A DNA stretch of 64,000 nt from Zygnema circumcarinatum SAG 698-1b. Lineage: Eukaryota > Plantae > Zygnematophyceae. Within the stretch, counting starts at the first letter, position 1, and every line of letters starts with the position of its first letter. This document shows positions 36,366 through 47,366 of the stretch, piece by piece. The notes beneath the pieces are model-generated. The model was not told the DNA's origin, made no database searches, and worked only from the letters and a program-made list of their open reading frames with translations. The position numbers and the translations under genes were made by a program. The stretch is from NCBI GenBank assembly GCA_037447605.1, contig CM074804.1, positions 62,001 to 126,000 of the forward strand. Reading direction: 5' to 3'.

Positions 36366-39300
36366 TCACTCGGCCTCCTTTGTCTTCGGCGCCTTTGCTT
36401 TCTTGCTAACGCCTACAACTTTTTTTTTCTCGCCATCTCTAAGCCTGCCAGTTGCTGCAGCAAGGGGAGGCTCCCCTTGCGGCACTTCTGGGTTGCCCTT
36501 CGTCCTTTCTAATTTGCCGCCAGATTTCGTTTCCCGTTTCTTGGTCGCCTGTTTCTCTGTGTTCTGTTTCCTCGCTAAGCGCAACTGCTCTCTCTTTCGC
36601 TCCCTGCATACGGTGACCCCAACATCAATGTCAGCATTCCACTCTGAGAAACCATCGAACGATCGCCATATTGATTCAACCATGAAATTCACCAATGCAT
36701 GCCAAGGCAGTTCCACAGGGCTGTAAGCAGCAGATTCGAACCAAGTAAAAGCATCTAAGTATTAATAGTTCAGGAAAAAGGAGCTTTCTCCGCTCAATTG
36801 ATCTGCGCGCAGATGCCCAGGAGTCCACCCGCCTTTTACCTTTGTTCCGATATCTCCACTTTTGAAGGCAGTAGCTTCCGTGCCTTCCGGCCCTTAAGCT
36901 TCACTTCTTTCTTCACCTTCTTCTGCTTCTGATGAATAGCTGCACTTTCCTCCTTTCCACCATTGGCTTCACCATCCATAGCAGCACTCCCAACCATCTC
37001 GTCCTCCACGTCCACCTCCTCAGCCTTTTTCTCCCCGTCTACTGCTCCATCCGCCTCCCTTCCAGCATCCGCTGAAGCTGCATCCTGTGATGATTTGTTG
37101 CTCGACTTCTTATTACTCATCTTCTTCAACTGCCGTTGCAATTGCATCCATCCAACACGTAAAAATAGGTCAGAAGGTCAATAGGTCAAAAGCCTGCTGA
37201 GAGTTCCTCATCCAAGACCCACTTACCGCCAAAAAAAACGATGATCAAGTATCTACTGAAAGGACTAAATAATAGCCAATGATTGACATTCAGTTACAAA
37301 TACAGCACAAGGGCTCCAACTATGTCTGTCTAGTAGATTTGAAACATCTCGTAGACAGTTGGAAAATGTGGGGGCTCCCACTCATCAAGTAGTGCCACTC
37401 ACCTTTGCCACAAAGAATCCATCCATGTTATGCGCATGGGGGTAAAAGCGGCGTGTGTTCTCTACCGAGGGATGAAACCGATGTTCGCGGAAGCGAGTGA
37501 ATCTGTTTCAACCCCAGTACTGCAACAGGTTACTCAAGCAATTGCTCGTTCCCTGATGCATACATGCTTAATAGGTAACTGATTCTGACTTGTCCAGCAA
37601 TCACCATACAAATCATAAACAATTCTTACACTAGCACTAGCACTAGTCGATCAGGTTATTATGATAACATGTGTCCATGGACCAGCTATATAACTGCAGC
37701 TTACCCTGGCCGTCCAAAGTCTAGTCCACAGGGCACCACCTTTACATCACGCTTCCGGAGAGCATAATCAATGACAGCCTCGTTCTGTTGGAGCAAGAAA
37801 ATAAGAGGAAATCAGCAAACAACAACAAGAGCTTTAGACAACTCCTTATCAGCCAGCACATTCCTAACTATGAGTGCATTTTCAGATTAACTAGCTTACA
37901 AGACCCTCTAAACCAACAAGCATAATTTCATTTCTTGCAGAAGAAATACATACGTATGAGAATCATAAACCAAAAGGGGCGCCAGGTTTAGCAATATTTT
38001 CACGTCCTTTAGCAATGGCTATTTCAATATCCCTTACATCCATGCAAACGTTTCCAGGCATGGTCATCAAGGAGAGTGAACCGGCGCGATGAAGTATGGA
38101 CAACAAAGATAGTTTTCTAAGTCGCAAGAAAATCTGATAGTGAGAAAGACGTTCTAGAGCATTATGGTGCAACTCACCTCCGCCACCATGACAGAGCAAG
38201 TAGAGTAAACAAGAAAGCCTCCTGACTTTGAAGTTGCATCCACAAGATCTATGGCAGCTAAGATAAGCTCCTGCACCACTTTTCCCAACTTCAGCCGTCA
38301 GGGCTTCGCATGAAACCTCTTTCATAGGAGAATAGTTCCAATGGTGAACACATAGGCTTGTAATACAGCAACGCTTGACACGCCTTGGCACGCACGCAAA
38401 ATGTAACTCGTAACTCGTATGCTAAGCGTCACACACACAGCAACTTAAACGAGGTCTAATGTCACTTAAACATAAATGGCAGCTAGCTGAATCTCGCCTC
38501 ATTGTGTTACCTTCAAGAACTTCAAAAACTGAACGACTGTAGTTACGACAGGACAGAATGCACACTTACTTTTTGCAGATGAGCACAGCGCTGAATGTCG
38601 TCGTGCGATTTGCTCACTTTGACAGAGGGATCCTTTGCAATCACCTGCAGCAAAAAAAGAGTCGCAACACCAGAAACGAGTAAGGCACTAAACCCCGCAT
38701 CGTCCTTTATCCTTAGAGAATTGTTCAGAGAGGTCCTCCCATTCTCCTGCTGCCCACTGCCTGCTCACCTAAGTTCGCATAGTTCCCTTCAGAACTTGAA
38801 AAACAATAAGAATTCAACCTATGTATGCCAATTTACCTGAACATCACAAAAATGGAGTTGAACAAGGAAACTCACCCCAGTGCCACTGCAAGGAGCGTCT
38901 AGAAGGACACGGTCAACCGAATGAGCGCCTAATATTTTGGGTAGCTGAGGTCCTACCCATGGCCCATACGCCCCATCTCCGTCAAGCAGAGAGCAGACCC
39001 TCATTGCTGCATACATAGCGAGTGTATACAGTACATATACATGTGCACCTAACATGAACTGGATGTCAACACTACCAAGTAGCCAGCTGTCGCCTGTTCA
39101 CTGATCTGAATGGAAATTGATGCAGAATAATTTGCTTATGTAGGTGTTGGATAACCTTAGATGGTGCAAAATTCCCTCGCGCACTCGAACGCATAGAGAT
39201 AATCTGGCACCATCGAGAAACGGCATACTCACTACAACACTACTCATAGCTTTTAGAAAAGTGCGAATGCTGCTCAATACACATCACGCTTTGTTCAAAT

Positions 39301-42300
39301 TCATCATTCCCTTGCAAGGTTCTCTTGTCTCCACCTCGCGGCCATCATAGCTAGAAACTATGGTGTTGGTGACCCCCATTCGATAGATATTAGCGGTAAG
39401 GGATTTGACGCGCGACTCCTTCAACTCATTGGCGTAAATAACCCCTGCATGCATCAAGACACCCGTTTGATTTATTCTCCAAAATGGCCTTACATTACAG
39501 TTCAAACACGTGTTCAAAGTTACCATCGAAACTCGTGGCAAAAATAAAGACCTCCAAGGGCATGAATCGCTACCTAATACGTAAACATGGATCACAAGGG
39601 AAAGCCACACACAACTTCGCAAGAGGCATCTCAAAAAGACCTACCTAATGCAAGCACTTCAGAGTTAGTTAACTAACAACTGCATAACCATGTACAATTC
39701 AATAAAGTGTCACGTTCCAGAAAGTTTCGCGTTTCGCGATGAGCAAGCCAACCCATACAGTATATGCTTTTAAGATTGTAGATGACCACCAACAACATCA
39801 AGCCTGTCATTGAACAGCCACAGTAACACTGTCAGGACAGTCCCATGATAACAACAAGTACACGGCACCCATCAGTGTAACTATGACATATACCCCGTCT
39901 CCGTGGCCAGAACAGCCACATCCGGTGGATACAGATGTCATCATTTGGGCCCTCAACATGACCATCTCCGAACTTCCCAATATGTTTAAATTGGCCACAT
40001 TTCACCTCAGCGATCCCAGATAATCTATATTGAAAAAGTACTTTGTGCATAAATTCACACTAAGGACAACGAAATTAGAACTGACACGGAAGCTAACCAA
40101 CCTGTGTTTTTCATCAGAGCTCCAGCGTACGTTGTTTTTCCTCCCGGGGCTGCCCTGTTATGGACCCACCATCATCAAATGACCAGCCCTGTCAAAATGG
40201 CCCAGTGAAACAATATAAATCCCACAGCTCCATCGTCCAAGGAGGGTCGATAAATAACAGAGCTTTCTTCCAACGATCTAATGAAAACACTTCTAAGACA
40301 AACATCTGGCAAGGAATCTCATAACCACAACGTGGAAAAGCACCAAACTTACGCCATATCCACTACACGCTCCTTCTCCTGTGGTGCAAGCGCCATTACA
40401 GGTAGAAACGATGATGCACTTTGAAGCTGCATGTGACCCCAATTGCTGAATTTCAGTGGGCAAACATCTTCCAGAAAAAACTAGAGTGACATCTGTAGGT
40501 CTCATCCTTCCTCTGACCAATTTCAACATTCAATGGGCGTAGTCGGGGGTTCATGAAATGATGGCCAAGAAGGATTTGATTGCTGGTAGTTGAACACAGG
40601 AGTACGGCTGAGATACGAACCATGTAATGCCCAGCCATGTATTCTGGAGTTGCTCCCACTGGCACCTGCGAGTCATACACCACCAGTCCCACCTGCAATG
40701 ACCCTAGCCCAAGGAGCAAACTATCAGCATCTCACCACAGGAAGGAATGGGAGAATTGTTCATGCGACTTGAGGGCAGATGAAGTCTTGCCCACCTTGGA
40801 CCACTTGCTGAGAGGATCCAAATTAACTCCGCGATTGATAAGTGTTGCAGCAAGGTCCCTCCGTTTGGTCTGCAAGACCCTCAGCCCAAAGTCACAGTGA
40901 ACACCACTTGAGGGTGAAGAAACGGTCATACAGGCTTTGGGCATAGAACCCAATCTCTGAAGCATAGATTGCACATCAGATGGTAGAAAAATGGGCATCA
41001 GCTGACTGACACGTACTGACTTCTGTGCCCTTGGCAGGAGAACTTTAACTTGAGCTTGTAAAAGTAGAAGCACACCTTCAATGTGTTGGCACGCAGACAA
41101 ACGGGTCGAGGTGTCTCATTTGCTTCCAAAAACTCAATCGTCTCCGCCACAGGAAACATCTGTACCGTTCATCAAACAAATCATCTCCACAACTCAGACT
41201 CACACAGCCCCCCACTTCTCATTTTTCCTCTGTCGCAAAGAAACAGTGCCATGTAAGCATAAAAAAAGCTATATACTTTCCAGCTAGCAGGATACCTCTA
41301 AACATATCTCGAATAACCAAGTCCCTGATGAAAAATAGCAAGACCATCGACCTTAAACTCTCCTTCGGGGTTAAATGAGGTGGATAGCGGTCCCTGCCCC
41401 ACACGTCCAGTTATAAACATAGATACGTTTTCATAAGACCACATGAATTAACTACAGTAGTACTTTGTCCTAAAGTAATACCTGCATAAACGCATCAAGT
41501 AGAAACTCATTGTAGCCATAATATGTGGCAAGGTCAGCTGCGAGCTGCTTTATGTAGGCTGCGCGTGGTACACCCTCCTTTCGCAATGCACTAAAGCTTG
41601 AGAGAACTCGAACAACTGCAATTCACCAAAGTAAAAAAAAAACCATAAGAAAACTACTCACCAAGTGGCACAAGTTCTCGTTCAATCTTTTTTTCCAACA
41701 CTCCTTGTTGACTAAATGCCACTTCAACACGTAAAAAAAAACTTTGTTCGAGCAAACTCTTCACCACGGTCGACTAAACAAATAGATCGAAACGATATAC
41801 TAGAGCAGAAAAAACAACAGCTGCCTTCAAAAAACGTACTCTCTTTCATGCGTCCTTGAATGTGCGGAAGATTCGGTGGTCTTTTCGCCTCTTCCTCCAA
41901 CTCCTGCATTAGGCGAGTGTGATTGATGAAAGAATGGACCCAAAAAAGCTTGTTAACGAACAACCTAAACCAAATCTCGACAGACTACCAGATGAACAAT
42001 CATTTTCGGAGGACTTTCTCGCATTTCCAGAGCATCCCACCTCCTCTGTCGGCAGTTCAAACACCTCCTTCGTATCCACAAGATTAGTCAACAGCTCTGC
42101 CTGCGCATCCGCTTCATCTTTCTCCTTTTGCGCATCCAACTCCCGTGCCTTCCTCTCCACTTCCATCTCTTCCTCCTCCCCTTCTGCCCAATTCACGCGA
42201 TGACTTCCAACAATTAGCAAGGGCGTCCTCAGCTCCTCGTCTTTGCAGCTAATCAAATGCCAAAAGATTGAGCACATCCAGTAGTGTTTAAAGTACAGCA

Positions 42301-43102
42301 AGAATGGAAGATAGCTACCAAACTCTCAGGATAGCCAAGTTTGTTCGAATCATTAGGGCCACAGAGTCTACCAACCAGAGCCAAGAAATTCATCGTCCTC
42401 GAAATCGTCATTCTCCTCGTTTTCTTCCTCATCCTCTCCCATCCGCGTCCCCGCCTTTTTCAACCATTTCCGATTTTCGTCGGTAAAACCGGAGTCTCCC
42501 TTCACCTTCACCTTCTTCTGTTCGGGCTTCTTCGAGACGGTTTTCCGCTTCTTGAAAAGGCCATTTTTCTGCTTTGCTCCACCGTCTTCTTCCTCCCCAA
42601 CATCATCCGCGGAGTCCCCGAAATGGAATACATTCCCTCCTTCCTCAGGCTCACCTTCGTCGGCGAAAAGATCCTGCTTCCTCTTTCTGTAGCCGCCGGC
42701 TCCAGAAACCGAACTGAATGCTTCAGTTTTAAGTGCGTACATTCTATAACACGATATACTTATGGCGAAAAAAATTAAACAGATTTTATAGTAAATAGCG
42801 ATTGACACAAACAGGAAGCACAAAAAAAGTGCGGGCAATAGCCCCCCCGAAACTCACACAGATTTTGGTTTTGAAGCTCGCGATTGCAGCTGCGGCTGCT
42901 CCTCCGCCTCTGCGGAGACAGCATGTTTATTTTTCACTTTCCTCTTCTCCCTGGCGTCTCCCTCTCCAACAATTTGAGAAACGACATTTGCCTTAACTTT
43001 CTCTTTCTTCTTCTTGACCACCTTGCTGTTTTCCCCACTCCGCACAGACAATGCGCTCTTCTTTGCCTTCACCGCCGCTGGAACTCCAACAGGTTTCGCC
43101 AT
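36366..43102 (-). CDS. NOP2: 25S rRNA m5C methyltransferase NOP2/NOL1, multi-exon
   Basis: [14 protein letters not shown]|[73 protein letters not shown], basic/acidic termini. Confidence 0.95.
39867..39950 (-). ncRNA. Intronic box C/D snoRNA, snR63/U46(U40)-like, in a NOP2 intron
   Basis: Reverse strand reads GCCCA-A-ATGATGA ... GTCATAGTTACA-CTGA-TGGGT. 11-nt complement to LSU helix 69 GUAACUAUGAC; D+5 rule gives yeast A2256. Confidence 0.85.
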
Positions 43103-44092
43103 TCTGCCGAGCCTGAACACTAACGAATGCAAGCAGGCTGCTGCTGCTGCTTCTCTCCTCCCAGTGCCTGGCCTCCCCGCATCCCCTCTCTACATCACAC
43201 GCACACAAACACACACACAAACACACACACACACGCCGCCGAGCGCAGAGCAAGCAGCTCCTGCGACCACTCAAAGCAGAGGAAAAGAGAGGCGCCGGCC
43301 GTCTCTGAACCCTCACCCTCCCTCTCTCCCCCCGCGCCGCTGGTCAGCGCACGCCCCAACTTCCGCCAGCCGCCATTTCGGCGCTTGTACGGACGGACGA
43401 GGACTGAATGACCGTACAGGGGTGACGTTGGATGTCTATATCGCGATATATTGAGACAGACCGGATGTATCGCGGTGTATCGCAAAAAGGCAGCTGTACG
43501 TAGCTCGGGGAGGTTGGGGTTTTGGAGGGAGGAAGGGGCTTTGGACGGCGCCGCGACTTTAAAACGGGGGCGCCGCCACGACTTCTTCTCTTGAGAGGGA
43601 GGGAGGGAGAGGGAGAGGGAGAGGGAGAGGGAGAGAGGGAGGGAGAGAGGGAGGGAGGGAGGGAGGGAGGGAGGGAGGGAGGGAGGGAGGGAGCGGGAGA
43701 GGGAAACTGCACTGCGGGCGATGGCGGAAGGGGGCCCGGGCCTGCCGCGGCGCCGGCCCGATCAGGGCAAGCGCCTGTCGGTGGAGGGGGAGGACGCACT
43801 GCTCACGAGGATAGCGGCGTCGGGCCGTTGTTTGAGGACTGGAAGGCTTTCATCATGACCCGACCCATAGTGTAGTGCGGTGCGGTGCGATGTGCCGGTT
43901 GAATGCGGTGCAGGTAAGGGGGGGTGTCTCTCTATAATTTAAGATGGCTTTTTGAAGCTGGCTTCAAGCTGAATATTCTGCTCGAAGTGATTGTCCATTC
44001 AATGTGTGATCTATTTGTGAAATTCGTAGCGCTTGCTTCCTGCTTCCATGCTTGAATTGTTATGAATGCTTACCGGTGGTTCTGCACCGGTG

Positions 44093-44225
44093 AATCTCGG
44101 CTACTATCTCCGTACGACTTCTCGTTGCTTATAGAGAAGTACGTCCCAAATGCCGAGTAAAGTATAGCCGGGGCTGGGTGAGCGTCATGATCACTGACTG
44201 CATGCTCAATCGTTCTGGAACATCT
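44093..44225 (+). ncRNA. Box H/ACA snoRNA (copy a, cluster 2)
   Basis: CTCGGC..ACTTCTC/GAGAAGT..GCCGAG hairpin, H box AAAGTA 44159-44164, second hairpin, ACA 44220-44222. Confidence 0.78.
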
Positions 44226-44598
44226 TTTGCACTCGCTATGACTCGATTGCTGACTGTGATGTCGCTGCAAAAGCGGCTTGAGAAGTTCTGCTGCGCCAAC
44301 AACCCTTTTTATATTATTTCGGCCTTTGAGACATGTTTTGTTTTAGAAGTTCTCAATCTGTTCGTCCTTAGCAGGGTGATGTCTCAAGATAATAAAATTA
44401 ATTTCATGTTTGTTCCTGACAGAATGTGAAGTTCTTCAGTTGATTTTCTTTCCGCTGCTTCTGCGTACTTGCAGGGCACCCTCCATTCAGATCGATCCCT
44501 TATCTCGTCCTTTTGAATGAAGTGGTAAGTACTAGGAAGCAATCCTGATGAAAGATTTGTTATGGTCAATCTTGATCCTTATTTGGCTATATCTTTAG

Positions 44599-44690
44599 TT
44601 GTGGAGGATGATGTCAAAAATTACCAACACTTGAAATGAGGATCACCTCCTGTGATTTCAAACATCACTGCGTTCTTTCTGACTCCACAA
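44599..44690 (+). ncRNA. Box C/D snoRNA, snoR9-like dual guide (5.8S and 25S)
   Basis: GTGGAG/CTCCAC stem, C box 44608, D' ATGA, C' GTGATTT, D box CTGA 44679-44682. Guides CCAACACTTG and CTGCGTTCTTT. Confidence 0.88.
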
Positions 44691-44926
44691 AAACTCTAAG
44701 TTCAGTGTGTTTTTGCTGATCGCTGTCATGTGTTATGCATTTGCACCACGAATTTTAAGTCTTTGGAAAGTGTTTCTGATTGTTTCCAATGCCAATATAT
44801 TGCCGTCAACGTTTGGGATGTTTGTTTCGGGATGTTTGTTTCTGAGGGTACTTTATGATGTACGTGATGATTGACATGTTGCTGCTTCATCCTAGAACTG
44901 TAGGTACTAAGTATCTGACTTCGGTT

Positions 44927-45024
44927 TTGCACTCTCTGCTGATGAGTACTTTCAAACTTTCGTTCTACCTATGCGTCAATGACGCTGCGGAAAAACATGG
45001 AGACCTGAACTGAAGAGAGTGCAA
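44927..45024 (+). ncRNA. Box C/D snoRNA, U59/snR54-like dual guide (18S and 25S)
   Basis: 11-bp terminal stem TTGCACTCTCT/AGAGAGTGCAA, C box TGATGA, D box CTGA 45010-45013. Guides complement 18S AGAACGAAAGUU and 25S UCAGGUCUCCA. Confidence 0.9.
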
Positions 45025-45434
45025 TTTATTTGCTTGTGAAGATCTACTATTCCTTAGTTTTGCATCGATGTCGTTTCTGGAGTATGTTGTAAAATGGCTA
45101 TCGTGATTGGGATGGTAGGTATTTGTTGCAGGTGTCTTGGTGTTGTATTGGTGTAATGACTGGGTCGATGTGGTGCTGCTCTTGATACAGAATTGGCCAG
45201 TCTCGTACAGATGGCTACTCTTCCGGCGAGAAGGTCAAGCCTGGAGGGGATTGGGCTCGAAGCATGAAGCAGTTGTCACAGCGAAAAGTGAGTTCCATCT
45301 CTCGATTGTGAGGGAATGATGTGAGAAAAGGTCATGTTTGGTAAATGCTTGTAGGCGCATGTGATGGTAAGCGTGTCTTGTTTGCTGCACGCTTTAATGG
45401 ATTATCAATGGCTAGTGCTTAGTGACGACTAGAT

Positions 45435-45567
45435 AATCTCGGCTAATATCTCCGTACGGCTTCTCGATCCTTGTAGAGGAGTCCGTCCCAAATGCTGAGT
45501 AGAGTATAGCCGGGGCTGGGTGAGCGTCAGGACTACTGACTGCATGCTCAATCGTTCTGGAACATGT
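45435..45567 (+). ncRNA. Box H/ACA snoRNA (copy b, cluster 2)
   Basis: Paralogue of 44093-44225, with H box AGAGTA and ACA at 45562-45564. Confidence 0.75.
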
Positions 45568-46122
45568 GACTATTTATTGTATTTTTTTTATATTGCTTTT
45601 GCTAATTAGTGAGCTGTGGGACGTGGCAACGCTTTCTGGTTAATTGGACACATCCTATGTTTCTGGCCATGTGGCCTATTCTATCCTGAGAGGCTATCCT
45701 TTTGCTGGCAGATGGTGCATTTGTTGTTGTTTGTCATAGGAGTATGACTAAATTGCCATAGTACGCCTTTGCTCTTGCATCCTTGTATTGAGCTCTCTTT
45801 CTGTTTGTGTAATTGTTCTGTTCAGGCCCTTTTTTCAGTTGTACAAATGATTTCGGGTTTTCGTACACGAGAGCACAATGAACTTTCAAATGCACCTTTT
45901 GGATCTGCACCTTTGGATTGAAGCATGAAGATAAGGATGATATTTGGAGATTACTTCATGATGTACGTGATGATTGACATGTTGCGGCTTCATCATGAGA
46001 AGTTTTGTTCCACCAGTTTCTTGAGATGCATATCGGCTTCTCTTTATGCGGTCATCTCCAAGCAACGACTACGTTTCTCAGGTGACGTTCTCTCTATAAG
46101 GAAGGGCTCTATGAAAATCACA

Positions 46123-46212
46123 TGTGGAGGGTAATGAATGATTTTACCAACACTTAAACTGAGGATCATTTCTGGTGATTTTACCTATCACTGCGTTCCT
46201 TTTGAATCCACG
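46123..46212 (+). ncRNA. Third, diverged snoR9-like C/D copy
   Basis: GTGGA/TCCAC stem. Retains CCAACACTT-aaa-CTGA (D') and CACTGCGTTC; C and D boxes are degenerate (GTAATGA, TTGA). Confidence 0.6.
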
Positions 46213-46286
46213 ATATATCACTACTGCACTGCACGTTAGTGTCTCATGATTTACATCTCTGTTTCAGGTCTATGCTATAGAGCCTC

Positions 46287-46378
46287 TGAGCAAATGATGA
46301 TATTCCAAGCAAATCTTAGGACACCTTCTTACATGGCACAGCCAGCCATGGATGAGAGAGTAATGCTTCTGAAGCTCA
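46287..46378 (+). ncRNA. Box C/D snoRNA, snoR10-like (25S guide)
   Basis: TGAGC/GCTCA stem, ATGATGA 46294-46300, CTGA 46369-46372. Guide TCTTAGGACACCT complements LSU AGGUGUCCUAAGA. Confidence 0.85.
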
Positions 46379-47366
46379 CGAGGCGTAATGGCTTATCTTA
46401 TTTTCAGTACTTTGCTGTCAGTAGTCCTTGTGGGTGAGTCGATGCAACGTGGTGAAGTATGGTTGAGCATTCACTTTCTCTTCTGCACTAGCGAGGAACC
46501 CCCTGCCCTGCAAGGCTGAAACGTGACCCTCTATTTGGGAGCTATGGCTGATGCAATGCTGTTCCTCTTTGCAGGTCTTCAGTTTGGGAATCTTTTGTGA
46601 CTTCGTCGCGCCATAGGTCTTTTCGTTACTTCTGTACATGACACTTTGCCTTGTGCACATGTACAGGGCAATGCCCTTGTGCCTGTGCGCCTTGCTTATT
46701 GAGCAGTGCACTTGAGTTATTCGAGTTGTTTGCTTGGTCCTTTCATCCTGGAAAGAGGTTTGTCTAGAATCTGCATAGTCTTAAAATGCACTGAAGGTTA
46801 GCATGCACGGGATTGTGATGACCGAAGGAAAACATAAGGCGAAAAAGAAAAAAAATTCAAGCGTGTAACCAGGAAGAGTAATGACATTGTAAGGCATGCT
46901 GGAAGGTTTAAAAAATGCCTTTAAACTATTTTATGTGTTAAAATGCAAAGCAGTCGATTTCACGTCTATTTGAGAAATGAGTATGGCGAGGACTATTGCA
47001 TAATGCAAATGATGAGTAAAAAAAAACATATGCGTTCAGTATGTAGGGTGACGATTATAATGAAAAAAATGAGAGAGGGTCAATCATGGTAAGCAGCCTG
47101 ACACTATTGACAAACTCATTAATAAAAAACTACAAGTTGTTTCTCTGAAAGTAGCGAAATCTAAAAATGGAAAAGTGATTTAAAATTATGTATGTACACC
47201 GTCCTTATCTGTATAACCCGATGTTAACATTCTGCCCATTCTGCACACATCCTGAACTAAAGAGTACGGAAAAAACGTCTATGCCACTGTGGTTTTTCTG
47301 GCGAATAAAGCTGCTATGATATATAAGCTTTGAAAATTGGCTATTCACAAGAAAGGGAATGATGAG

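Larger units (their letters stand above)
44021..46380 (+). ncRNA. Polycistronic snoRNA cluster, copy 2, in a probable spliced non-coding host transcribed head-to-head with NOP2
   Basis: Multiple C/D and H/ACA units, splice donor CAG|GTAAGG at 43913/43914 upstream, and only short ORFs. Confidence 0.85.
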
